64,000 nt of DNA, taken from the NCBI GenBank assembly GCA_965261395.1, contig OZ253462.1, forward strand, positions 1,120,001 to 1,184,000. The letters run 5' to 3'. Below, one piece after another: positions 47,568 to 57,007 of the stretch. The notes under the pieces were generated by a model. That model had not been told where the DNA came from. It saw only the letters and a program-made list of their open reading frames with translations, and searched no databases. The DNA is from Candidatus Latescibacterota bacterium. Lineage in GTDB: Bacteria > Latescibacterota > UBA2968 > UBA8231. Every line of letters begins with the position of its first letter. Position 1 is the first letter of the stretch. Made by a program: the position numbers and the translations under genes.

Positions 47568-49550
47568 GTGAATGTGAACACGAAGGGGCGACCGGCCGGT
47601 CGCCCGTACTTACAGCGCACGACGCGGCTTATCGCGGCCCTGTTGGCTTTGTTCGGCAGCCAGCCAAGCACGGCCTTGGTCGTCTATCGCATCGGCGGCG
47701 AGAGCCTGCCGCCTCCGGCCGAGGTGGAGGCTGGTGCTGAGTTCCGCCAGTTGAGCTGGGCCGACTTAGACAAGAATCTCGGCGGCCAGAGCTTTGGGCT
47801 CGCGCTCAGTGAGCAGATCACGCCGTTTTTCTACAACGAGGGCGATAATATGGCGACGACCTTGAGCGGGGTCAGCGGCAATTTTCAGCACGGCGCGTAC
47901 AATGGTTTTGAAAATGTCGGCGACGAGTTGCGGTTGGTGATCGACGGGGACCCGACGACGTTTTTCTTAGAGACTCGTCCTAGGGAACACGCTCATAACT
48001 TCCACGGCACGGCTTTGTTCTTTGACCTCGGCGGCGACTTTGCGACGCGGTTGGTCCGCTTTATCCCGCAGGCAGGCAGCGAGCGCTCGGTCGCCCACGT
48101 CATCGTCGCCGCGCAGACCGAGGCCGGGGGTGGCGTTGATGAGATTGAATTCGTCGGAACGAGTGCGCTCAATCGGTCGCTGAGGGATCCCAAGCAAAAA
48201 AAGGGCATTGAGCTAAAGGTGGTCGCGGAAATCCTGGAAAACAAAGATCCGCAGCTCGACATTGAGCTAGACGGGACGCCCATCCGCTATTTGATGATTC
48301 ACGTGATGCCCCAAAATGAGATATGGGACTTGGCTGAGTTGGAGGTGTACGGCGGCGGTTTCCAAGGCTCGGCCTCGCACCAGTCCAACGTTCTCGACCT
48401 AGGCGAATTCGCCAATTTGGGCTGGGTGCGCTGGGGAGGGCGGCGGGACGAAGGGGCGCAAGTGGAGATCCGCTCTCGCGCCGGTGGTGACGAGACGCCG
48501 CTGGTGTACTGGCGCAAGACCTTCCGCGGCGACGAGCAGGTACCCTTTGGCGAGGACGGCAAGCTGCTGACCCGCAAAACCTATGGCCGCTTGGGGCCGA
48601 TTGTGCGCGGGGCCATCACCGACGACACCGCCCAATGGGAGCTGTGGTCGTCGCCGTACGAATTCGCCGACAGCGCGGGCGTAGCCCTGCGGGCGACGCG
48701 CTCCCATCGCTACATGCAGTTCGGGATAGCATTCAAATCCTTCGGCCAAGCCGGCGGCCAACTCGACTATCTCGAATTCGCCGTTTCCCCGCGCTTGGTG
48801 ACCGGCTTAGTCGGCGAGGTCAATCCTTGGCAAGCGGCAGTGGCTGAGGAACGCACGTTCACCTATGCATTGCGCCCGACGATTGAACCCGGCGACCAAG
48901 GATTTGACGGTTTGGACCTGCGCTTGGTCGGCGGCCGGATCGTCGGCGTGGAGGCCGTGCGCCTCAGCGGCGCACCCGTGGCGGATTTCAGCGCCGTGGC
49001 CGAGGATGCCGGCGTAATGTTGGGTTTCCCGCGGCTGGATGTCGCGCGTAGCGGCGAGCTGCTTGAAGTGGATTTACGCGCCGAAATTTTCCGCTTTGGC
49101 GCAATTTTTGAAGGTCGGGTGATCGACAGCACAGCGCCGGGGGAAATCGGGCAACTCGTGGCCGCTGGCGAGGCCAGCGAGCTAGTGGACGGCAACCAAC
49201 TTTCGGTGCAGGCGATGACCCTAAACGATAGGGTCTTAGGGGCGGTGTCGCTGAGCGCTGCGGCGTTTACGCCCAACGGCGATCAGATCAACGACCAAGT
49301 GGAGATTGCCTACGAACTGCTCAAAGTGACCGAGCCGGTGTCGGTGGAGGTGCTGGTGCGGGATTTGAGTGGCCGCTTGGTGCGGCGCGTGTACTCAGAC
49401 GCCGATGGCGCAGGTCGGCATCCGCGCCAATGGGACGGGCGCGACGAGGCTGGCCAGCAGGTGGCACCCGGTCTGTACATCTGCCAAGTCGAGGTCGAGA
49501 GTGGTGGGCAGCGCCAAGTGCAAATGCGGCCCATTGCCGTCGCCTATTGA
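47568..49550 (+). CDS. Secreted discoidin-like + FlgD Ig/T9SS-type-B-CTD-like protein (paralog 1)
   Basis: Signal peptide; IDGD...FFDLG; AELEVYG.GF; WELWSSPY; FTPNGDQIND...DLSGRLVR...WDGRD..G..VAPGLY. Confidence 0.78.
   Translation: MNVNTKGRPAGRPYLQRTTRLIAALLALFGSQPSTALVVYRIGGESLPPPAEVEAGAEFRQLSWADLDKNLGGQSFGLALSEQITPFFYNEGDNMATTLSGVSGNFQHGAYNGFENVGDELRLVIDGDPTTFFLETRPREHAHNFHGTALFFDLGGDFATRLVRFIPQAGSERSVAHVIVAAQTEAGGGVDEIEFVGTSALNRSLRDPKQKKGIELKVVAEILENKDPQLDIELDGTPIRYLMIHVMPQNEIWDLAELEVYGGGFQGSASHQSNVLDLGEFANLGWVRWGGRRDEGAQVEIRSRAGGDETPLVYWRKTFRGDEQVPFGEDGKLLTRKTYGRLGPIVRGAITDDTAQWELWSSPYEFADSAGVALRATRSHRYMQFGIAFKSFGQAGGQLDYLEFAVSPRLVTGLVGEVNPWQAAVAEERTFTYALRPTIEPGDQGFDGLDLRLVGGRIVGVEAVRLSGAPVADFSAVAEDAGVMLGFPRLDVARSGELLEVDLRAEIFRFGAIFEGRVIDSTAPGEIGQLVAAGEASELVDGNQLSVQAMTLNDRVLGAVSLSAAAFTPNGDQINDQVEIAYELLKVTEPVSVEVLVRDLSGRLVRRVYSDADGAGRHPRQWDGRDEAGQQVAPGLYICQVEVESGGQRQVQMRPIAVAY
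47586..47605. repeat. Perfect 20-bp palindrome (REP-like) in the 5' end of the CDS
   Basis: GGGCGACCGGCCGGTCGCCC followed by GTAC. Confidence 0.6.
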
Positions 49551-49562
49551 GGAGCAGGGGCC

Positions 49563-52055
49563 ATGTTGAATGCTGCGTTGTTGCTGAGCATATTGGGCGT
49601 TGTCGCCGCCTGGGGACAGGGCCATACCATCGCTGGGAATAAGGTCGTCGTCGATCGGCAGGCGCACTGGCAGCAGTGGACTTTTCCCGCCGGCACGCTC
49701 GACATCGACGAAACCGGGGCCGTGCGTCCTCACTTCGTGTCCAAGAACATACTGGCAACCTCAGACATCGCGGCGTTTATCAAGCGCGGCAAGGACTCGG
49801 AGGACGCGACCCTGCGCGACGCCCTCAACGCGGGCACTCGGGCCGCAGATCTGGTCCACCTTTTCGACGGAGACTTGAGCACCTATTGGGAACCTGATCC
49901 GGCAAGCCCGCTGCGCCAATGGTGGTTCGAGGTCGATTTGGGGCGGCTGGTGGCAGCCACCCACATCCGGCTCAAATTCGTCGGCGAGGAGCTAGGCGAC
50001 CCCTTCCTGCAATTCGTGGTCTTGACCTCGGACGGAGACGAGGTGACGAAAGGCCAGCGCAAATTCAACCAAGTCTTTCGCACTTTGCAGTCGAACAAGG
50101 ATCAACGAGAATTTGCAATCGAGCTGGGCCCCACGCGCTTTGACATAGACGGGCGCATGGCGAGCGACTACATCCGCTTCGTGCGCATGACGATCACCGA
50201 CACGGATAGCACGCGAGCCGCCGAGGTGTCGGCTGAACAATACGACCAGCTAGCGGCTGCGGATCAAGGCGCGGTGGATTTTTACAAAAAGGCCGGTGCG
50301 GGCCAAGTGCAGGTGAGCGAGGCCACGTACGAGGTGGTTGACTCCGCGTTGCGCGGTGAGATCCGCCGCTATCGCCGCGAGCGGCCGCGGCTGGCCGAGC
50401 TGGAGGTCGAGACGCTCGGGGAAAACATCTCGCTGGGATTGGTGGAGCGCAGAGGCGTCGCGCTGCTCACCTTCTTGGACAACGCGCCCGCGACGGCCTT
50501 CTTCGACGGCATCTTCGAGACGTCCTTGGCCTTTACCAGCACCGACGAGATACGGGAGTTATTCTTCGACTTAGGCTCTTCCTTCTGGATCGACCGGCAC
50601 CAGATTTACTACGACCGTCAGCGCAGCCGCTTTCCCAATTACGACTTGCAGACTTCAGACGGCTCGCTGGCTGCGGACGGCTCGCTGGTGTGGACGACGC
50701 AGGCCTCGCATCGCAATCGCGCCACTTCCGCCCACACGACCGAAGATGTGTACGACGTGGATACGTTCGCGCCGGCGCGAACGCGCTTTGCGCGAATTTT
50801 GTTCTGGGGAGGCGGTCAGTTCAAGCCGCGCGAGGTGCAGTTCTACGGAGAGGGCTTCCAGCCGGAGGTCGAGTTGGTTCCGCCGCTCATTCGCTTGGGC
50901 GGCTCGAAAAACTTGGTCTCGATTGAGTGGGATGGAGACGCCGGCTTGGGGACCTTTATCGAAATCCAGACGCGCACGGGCAGCGAGCTGGTCGAAGAGT
51001 ATAGCTACTTCAACAGCGGCGGCGGCGAAGTTTCGGCCGACGCATACGCCGGCTTGGGCTTTTTCAGCAAGGGGCGGATCGACACGACGGAAGCTCCCGG
51101 AGCCGACTGGAGCGCGTGGAGCTTGCCCTACGAGGCGTCGGGCGCGGCGATCACTTCTCCAAGCCCGCGCCAATTTCTGCTGCTCAAGGCCCGCTTGCTC
51201 TCGGACGACCCACACCGCGCGGCCGAGCTGCGCTCCATTCGGCTCAACTTCGTCGAGCCGCTGGCCAGCCAGCTTTTGGGCGAGATCGAACCCAGCGTCG
51301 TGGGCGCGTTGGGCAAGGAGCAGGAGCTTTCGCTTTTCATCAAACCAAGTTTCGCTCCCCAGAGCGCGGGGTTTGACGAGGTGCAGATAAGGGCACCGGA
51401 CAACATGGCACTGGAGTTCCGCGGCCTGCGGCTAGGGCGCGAGGCCCAATGGGAGAGCGCGGAACTAGCGGCCTCAGCAGAAGTAGTGGCGACCGCCCCA
51501 GACTCTTTGTGGGTGCGGTTAAGCGAGGTCGTCGGCCCGTCCGCAGCCGATCTGATTGAGGTGCAATTCGCCACCGCCCTCTATTTACCCGGTGCTGTGT
51601 TCAAGGCGTCGTTGGGGTATTCGGCCCTTGAGAACTCTTGGCAGCGGGTTGATCCAGCGGATGCAACGGAATTGGCGACTGGGCAGGGGATGCTGTTGGT
51701 CGGCCCAGAAGGTGGCCGACACGTGCTGGGCGATCTGAGCATTGGCAGTGGGATCGCGACACCGAATGGGGATGGGATCAACGACGAGTTGGCGTTCTCA
51801 TTCGCGGTCACCAAGCTGACCGGCACCCAGCCGCTCCACGTGCGGATTTACGACCTAGCTGGTCGGCTGGTGCGGCACTGGCGAGAGACGCGGCCCTTGG
51901 TCAGCGGCGAGTACGCCCTGCGCTGGTCGTGCGAGGATCAATCCGGCGCACTGGTCGCCCCCGGACTGTATCTGCTAGAGGTAGAAGTGGTGCCCAACGA
52001 CGACTCGCGCGTGGAGCGCACCGCGCGGCACCGCCTCGTTCACGTGGTGTATTGA
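49563..52055 (+). CDS. Secreted discoidin-like + FlgD Ig/T9SS-type-B-CTD-like protein (paralog 2)
   Basis: Signal peptide; LFDGDLSTYW..WFEVDLG (F5/8C-like) plus a second copy; QTRTG; WSAWS; TPNGDGINDE...YDLAGRLVR...VAPGLY. Confidence 0.78.
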   Translation: MLNAALLLSILGVVAAWGQGHTIAGNKVVVDRQAHWQQWTFPAGTLDIDETGAVRPHFVSKNILATSDIAAFIKRGKDSEDATLRDALNAGTRAADLVHLFDGDLSTYWEPDPASPLRQWWFEVDLGRLVAATHIRLKFVGEELGDPFLQFVVLTSDGDEVTKGQRKFNQVFRTLQSNKDQREFAIELGPTRFDIDGRMASDYIRFVRMTITDTDSTRAAEVSAEQYDQLAAADQGAVDFYKKAGAGQVQVSEATYEVVDSALRGEIRRYRRERPRLAELEVETLGENISLGLVERRGVALLTFLDNAPATAFFDGIFETSLAFTSTDEIRELFFDLGSSFWIDRHQIYYDRQRSRFPNYDLQTSDGSLAADGSLVWTTQASHRNRATSAHTTEDVYDVDTFAPARTRFARILFWGGGQFKPREVQFYGEGFQPEVELVPPLIRLGGSKNLVSIEWDGDAGLGTFIEIQTRTGSELVEEYSYFNSGGGEVSADAYAGLGFFSKGRIDTTEAPGADWSAWSLPYEASGAAITSPSPRQFLLLKARLLSDDPHRAAELRSIRLNFVEPLASQLLGEIEPSVVGALGKEQELSLFIKPSFAPQSAGFDEVQIRAPDNMALEFRGLRLGREAQWESAELAASAEVVATAPDSLWVRLSEVVGPSAADLIEVQFATALYLPGAVFKASLGYSALENSWQRVDPADATELATGQGMLLVGPEGGRHVLGDLSIGSGIATPNGDGINDELAFSFAVTKLTGTQPLHVRIYDLAGRLVRHWRETRPLVSGEYALRWSCEDQSGALVAPGLYLLEVEVVPNDDSRVERTARHRLVHVVY

Positions 52056-52066
52056 GGGGGGTTGCG

Positions 52067-54232
52067 ATGTACTGGTTGCCGATCGCGCTGCTGTTGCTAG
52101 CGGCACTGCAAGGCACCGCCGAGACGCGGAGCATTGCCATCGGCGGCGCGAGCGGATCGTCTTGGCAAGACGGCGGCGGCCAGATACAGGCGGTTTTCCC
52201 GACCGGAGCCAGAGCTGTCGAGAGCGGCAACACCCCGGGCGGCGTGATCGATTTCGATCCCGAGGACCGGGTGGGTTGGATTTTTCCGCAGAACGTCGTC
52301 GAGGGCACTAATCTAGCCTTAGGAATACTCGGGCGCGGCGGCTCGGTCATTTCGCCGACGGTCCTCGAAGCGGGCATTGAGTCGCAGCTAGAGACGATGA
52401 TCGACGGCGACGGCAAAACGGCATTGGAGCGCAAGAACGTGGCCGTCATTCGCGGCATGGCCATGGACTTTGACCTAGGCGCTCGCTTTGGGGTCAATCG
52501 CGTCCAATTCTTCCCGCGCAATGGCCACCCGGATTTTCCCGCAGCGCCTTTCCAAGAAGACTTCATCCGCGGATACGAGTTGTTTTTCAACGACGGCAGC
52601 GAGGAGACGCAAGGTGCGGGCGGTCCGGAATGGCGCTCGTTTCGGTTGAATGCTGCCAATCAAGACGCGCTAGTCGATCTGAGCATTCCCCCGCAATTTG
52701 TGCGTTTCATCCGCTTGCAGTCGCGCACCAGCAACGGTTTTGAGATCGCCGAGTTCCGCGTCTTTGGCACCGGCTTCGTGCCCACGGCCGAATACGTATC
52801 CAACATATTCGATCTCGGCCCAGATTTGGGCCTGTGGGGGACCATTCGCTGGGTGGAGGAAAGCGTCGGCCCGGCTGGTTTCGCCAACGCACGCGTGCGC
52901 ACCCGCACCGGCTTGGACGACACCCCCTTGGTCTATACCCGGCGCTTCTTCTTTGAGGGGGTCCAAGTCGAGGTGCCGTGGAAAAAGAATGCCACAGTTG
53001 AAGCCGAGGGCGGCGAGGTCAATCTCGATCAAGCCCATCTGGAGAGGGCGCGCGCACTCTTTGGCGCGCTGCCGCTGGAGGAGCGCAACGCCATCTCGCT
53101 GTCGCTGGATGATTACAATGGCTTGGGTGCCGAACGGGGCAATGTGGTGGCCGACCTAGACGCTTGGAGCCCGTGGTCCTCGCCCTACGATTTAGGGGCC
53201 CTATTGACCGAGGCAGAGATCGAGGATAGCCAATTGGGCGTGCCGATTGTCTCGCCTGGGCCGAGGCGGTACATACAGTTTCGCATCGACTTTCTCAGCG
53301 AGGACTTGGAGGCGGCCACGGGTATCGGCCCGCTGGCCTTTACCGTGGCTACACCGCCGCCGGCCGCGCAGATTCTCGGAGAGATCTTCCCGCGTCAGGT
53401 CGATTTGGGCAAGCCGGTGGATTTCGTCTATGCGGTGATGCCGACGTCCATTCGGCCAGGTGTAGATACGGGCTTTGACGGGTTTGAGATTGCCACGCCG
53501 GTGCGGATAGAGATCATTGAGTCCATCGAAGTCGTCGATGCCGATGGCCAGGTAGAGGCAGCGGACTTTTCAATGGCCGATCTTGCCGCGCTGCCGGCTA
53601 CCGACGAGACCGGACGCTTTGCCATTGAGTCGGTCAGTGCGCGCCGCTTTCGCGTGCGCTTCCCCCTCATTGCCGAAAGCGAACTGGCGACCGGACGGAC
53701 GGCCCAGCTCAAAATTCGCTTTCGCAGCCGCGTGTTGCGCTACGGCACTAAGTTTGCCGGTTTTGCCTTCAGCAGTGCCGAGGGGGACGTGGGGCAGGAG
53801 GTAGTCGCCGGCAACGTGGCCGCGTTGGCCCCTGGCGACGACGATATTGTGGCTGTTGGCACGGAGACGAACCGGGGCCTTTCGGTGGATGTGCCGCTAG
53901 CCGGTAGCAGCGCCCTGCTGATCAACGTGCGCACCGAACCCCGGCCCTTCAGCCCCAACGGCGATGGAATCAACGACGCGACGCACGTGTACTACGATCT
54001 GAGCCGTTTGGTCAGCCCGGCACCAGTCGAGGTGGAAATCGTCGATTTGGCTGGACGCCGGGTGCGCCGGCTGTTCTCTGGCCTCCAGGGCGGGGGTTCG
54101 TACGCCATGCCTTGGGACGGCGCAGATGCGAACGGAGCCGCGCTGCCGCCGGGCATCTACTTGGTGCGCGTAACGCTGGTCAGCGATGCGGGCGGCGAAA
54201 GCGCGGTTAGAGTTGTCGAATTAGTGTACTAA
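52067..54232 (+). CDS. Secreted discoidin-like + FlgD Ig/T9SS-type-B-CTD-like protein (paralog 3)
   Basis: ATG 52067 with a signal peptide (the ORF-track start at 51929 overlaps the previous gene); IDGD...DFDLG; RTRTG; WSPWSSPY; FSPNGDGIND...DLAGRRVR...LPPGIY. Confidence 0.78.
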   Translation: MYWLPIALLLLAALQGTAETRSIAIGGASGSSWQDGGGQIQAVFPTGARAVESGNTPGGVIDFDPEDRVGWIFPQNVVEGTNLALGILGRGGSVISPTVLEAGIESQLETMIDGDGKTALERKNVAVIRGMAMDFDLGARFGVNRVQFFPRNGHPDFPAAPFQEDFIRGYELFFNDGSEETQGAGGPEWRSFRLNAANQDALVDLSIPPQFVRFIRLQSRTSNGFEIAEFRVFGTGFVPTAEYVSNIFDLGPDLGLWGTIRWVEESVGPAGFANARVRTRTGLDDTPLVYTRRFFFEGVQVEVPWKKNATVEAEGGEVNLDQAHLERARALFGALPLEERNAISLSLDDYNGLGAERGNVVADLDAWSPWSSPYDLGALLTEAEIEDSQLGVPIVSPGPRRYIQFRIDFLSEDLEAATGIGPLAFTVATPPPAAQILGEIFPRQVDLGKPVDFVYAVMPTSIRPGVDTGFDGFEIATPVRIEIIESIEVVDADGQVEAADFSMADLAALPATDETGRFAIESVSARRFRVRFPLIAESELATGRTAQLKIRFRSRVLRYGTKFAGFAFSSAEGDVGQEVVAGNVAALAPGDDDIVAVGTETNRGLSVDVPLAGSSALLINVRTEPRPFSPNGDGINDATHVYYDLSRLVSPAPVEVEIVDLAGRRVRRLFSGLQGGGSYAMPWDGADANGAALPPGIYLVRVTLVSDAGGESAVRVVELVY

Positions 54233-54246
54233 TTAGGGAGGGTCTA

Positions 54247-57003
54247 ATGAGAGACCTGCGGAGGATACTCGTCGCCTTGCTCGTCGCGGCGATAAGCGCC
54301 CATGCCCAAGGCCGGCGCTGGGGCGCGGAAATCACCTATGAGCCTCGGGGGCCGGGCGTGCTCTTCGACGCCTTGGATCCAACGGTCAAGCGCTGGTACG
54401 TGCCACAGGAGCTGTTTGCCGACTACGGTTGGCAGCAGTGGCAGTACACCAACTACGCGCGCGATGCGTACGAGCGCTACGTCAGCACCACGATTGAAGG
54501 CTCTCCGTTCTACGATCTGTACGGCAACTACTTGACGCGCGGCTGGCTCATCTACGACTGGAGCCAGAACCAGCCCGTGCAGTTTGGTTCGTCCATCTTC
54601 AAGGATCAGCGCTTTAACAATTGGTTCAACGCGGTCACCATTAGCTCGGACTCGCAGGGGCAGTTCTACTATGCAATCACGGTGGGCGATCGAATCCGCA
54701 CCACCCTGACCCCGCTCACCTTCTCCAAGCCCGCCTTCAGCGGCGTGCAGATGGACTTTGCTGCGGACAAATACGAAGGCACTCTGCTTTTTTCGCGGGT
54801 GAGTCGCCCGGTCATCGGCAGCACGCCCAGCGACCCCAGTTCCGTCTCCAATGCTACCAACCTGATGGCTGGCCGCGCCGTGGTCCAGCTCGGCGATTTC
54901 GTGGCTGTGGGGGCCAATTTAGTCAATGCGCGCAACTCCACCACGGTGGCCGATGCGTTTGAGCGCAACCCCTTCGTCGGCACCCTCGCTGCCAATCAGG
55001 GCAGCCTACCAATATCGGGCATTGCCCTAGTTCTCAGCGACGACTCGCCCGAGGACGGTCGGGGCGGGGCAACCCTGTTTTCGCACGACATCGTCTTGAC
55101 GAGCGAGGATCCAGATACGGGAGCGCGCGAGCAGTTTAGGCTCCGCGACGTGGTCTCCGACCCAGCGCGGTGGCCCGTGGTCTCGGGCGGGGCACCCAAG
55201 GAAGGGGCCTTGGCGGCCGACGGCGACGAGAAGATCGTCATCAACTACGACTTCGCGGATATCGCCTATACTGGCCCGCGTCCCTCGGAGATCGTCGCCG
55301 TACAATTCGACTTAGTCTTGGCCAATGACTACAAGGTACAGATTTGGTCCGACCGGCAGACGGGCAGCCGCGCGCTGCCCGTCTTGCCGCTGACGGGCCA
55401 AGACATTGAGGATCAGTCCCCGGCGTTGTTCGACATCCTCAGTGCCGAGGGCAATGTGCAGGACAATTCCAACCAGCAGCGAGTCGTCTTCGACTACGGA
55501 TTGCCGTCGTCCCGCTTGATCTACGGCTTCACCTTGGACGCCACGGACATCAAGGGCGTGGACCTATACGCGGAATTCGATGTCAGCCGCGCGTACAGCC
55601 AATACCCCAACCCGGCGCGCCAAGCAGCCCAGCGCTCGCTAGCCACGCACGCCCGCGACGCCGAGGCTTGGATGGTCAACGCCTCGAAGATGGCCTCCCC
55701 GTTTTACTTTTTCGGCGAGGCGTACAGCATGGACCCGGAGTACTCGACGAGTTCGTTTATCGTGGACGACGGCGGGGACATCACCTACGACAATCCGCGC
55801 ATGTCCCTGTACGAGTTGGTTGACGACAACGACGACCAAGACCGCTCGGCCGATTGGTTCCGCTTCTCGCAGGGCGGCGGCGATGTGGCCGTCTTCCCGG
55901 GGTGGGACGAGAACAACGACTTTGTCTCCGACTTCAACCAAAACGACAATCGCATCCTCAACAACCGCATCCCGGATTACGAAGAGCCTTTCTTTCGCTA
56001 TGCGGCCGATCGCCCGGAGTTTTTGTTTGGCATCGACCTGAACAACAATGGTTGGATCGACCGCTTTGAAAACGACGACTTGCCCGACTATCCCTACAAG
56101 GTCGATCGCCGAGGCTATAACCTGTACGCCGGCGTCTTTCTCGACCCGCATACTCGGCTGACGCTGGGAAGGCTGAGCGAAGAGAGCATGGCCTCTGACG
56201 GGCGCAACCGCGCCGCGTATGGCCTGCTGACCTACGACCGCGACTTTACTTGGGGCCGACTGCGGGCCTTTGAGATGCTGCGGCGCGTCGAAGACGATAT
56301 CGCCGATGACCGGCGCGAGATGACGCCGCACCTCGAAGTCAACTCGCTCGCGCTGGTGCGCGACATTCTGCCGGCGCGGGACACGTGGATCAACACGACC
56401 TATTTACAGCTCGATTACCAACCGCTCGACAATCTAAACGCGAACAACAAGTTCAAGTACGAGCGTTTTTGGCAGCAGGGTAGCGCGTTCAAAAGCCGCG
56501 TCAAAGGCCCGGTGCTCAACCAAGGCAGCCACTTGATTGGGTTGATCAACAAAGCGGATTACACCTTCGGCTTGGCTGGCTTCCGGTTGCAGCCCAAGGT
56601 CAAGAGCGAGTATCTCAACCAGACCGCGCTCGAAGCGCGCGCCGAGGATCGCGAGGAATGGGTCGGCACGGGCATCGTGCTGCTGAGCCACCCGCTGTTG
56701 AGCCAGTCGCTGGTGGAAGGGGGCGTCGAGTTTTCCCTGTTCCGGGACTTGGCTCTCGACGAGGACGAGCAGCTCACCAACGGCCCGGCCGGGCCTACGG
56801 GCGACTTCCGCAACTTGGTGCTGGCCCTGCAATGGTCCAGCGCCGGCTCCTACTTGGGCTACCAGCTCACGACTCAATTTGGCTTTAGTTACACGCGCCT
56901 GTGGGAGGAGCGGGTGATTATCGGCAGCGAAGGCTTGGAGCAGGTGAATGAAATCAGCGCCTTTAGCACCAGCTTCATAACCGTGTACGCGGGGCTGGAG
57001 TAG
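54247..57003 (+). CDS. Large exported hypothetical protein, putative outer-membrane beta-barrel (paralog A)
   Basis: Signal peptide; aromatic-rich amphipathic strands; acidic DxDxN motifs; extensive motif identity with the next gene. Confidence 0.65.
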   Translation: MRDLRRILVALLVAAISAHAQGRRWGAEITYEPRGPGVLFDALDPTVKRWYVPQELFADYGWQQWQYTNYARDAYERYVSTTIEGSPFYDLYGNYLTRGWLIYDWSQNQPVQFGSSIFKDQRFNNWFNAVTISSDSQGQFYYAITVGDRIRTTLTPLTFSKPAFSGVQMDFAADKYEGTLLFSRVSRPVIGSTPSDPSSVSNATNLMAGRAVVQLGDFVAVGANLVNARNSTTVADAFERNPFVGTLAANQGSLPISGIALVLSDDSPEDGRGGATLFSHDIVLTSEDPDTGAREQFRLRDVVSDPARWPVVSGGAPKEGALAADGDEKIVINYDFADIAYTGPRPSEIVAVQFDLVLANDYKVQIWSDRQTGSRALPVLPLTGQDIEDQSPALFDILSAEGNVQDNSNQQRVVFDYGLPSSRLIYGFTLDATDIKGVDLYAEFDVSRAYSQYPNPARQAAQRSLATHARDAEAWMVNASKMASPFYFFGEAYSMDPEYSTSSFIVDDGGDITYDNPRMSLYELVDDNDDQDRSADWFRFSQGGGDVAVFPGWDENNDFVSDFNQNDNRILNNRIPDYEEPFFRYAADRPEFLFGIDLNNNGWIDRFENDDLPDYPYKVDRRGYNLYAGVFLDPHTRLTLGRLSEESMASDGRNRAAYGLLTYDRDFTWGRLRAFEMLRRVEDDIADDRREMTPHLEVNSLALVRDILPARDTWINTTYLQLDYQPLDNLNANNKFKYERFWQQGSAFKSRVKGPVLNQGSHLIGLINKADYTFGLAGFRLQPKVKSEYLNQTALEARAEDREEWVGTGIVLLSHPLLSQSLVEGGVEFSLFRDLALDEDEQLTNGPAGPTGDFRNLVLALQWSSAGSYLGYQLTTQFGFSYTRLWEERVIIGSEGLEQVNEISAFSTSFITVYAGLE

Positions 57004-57007
57004 CGGC

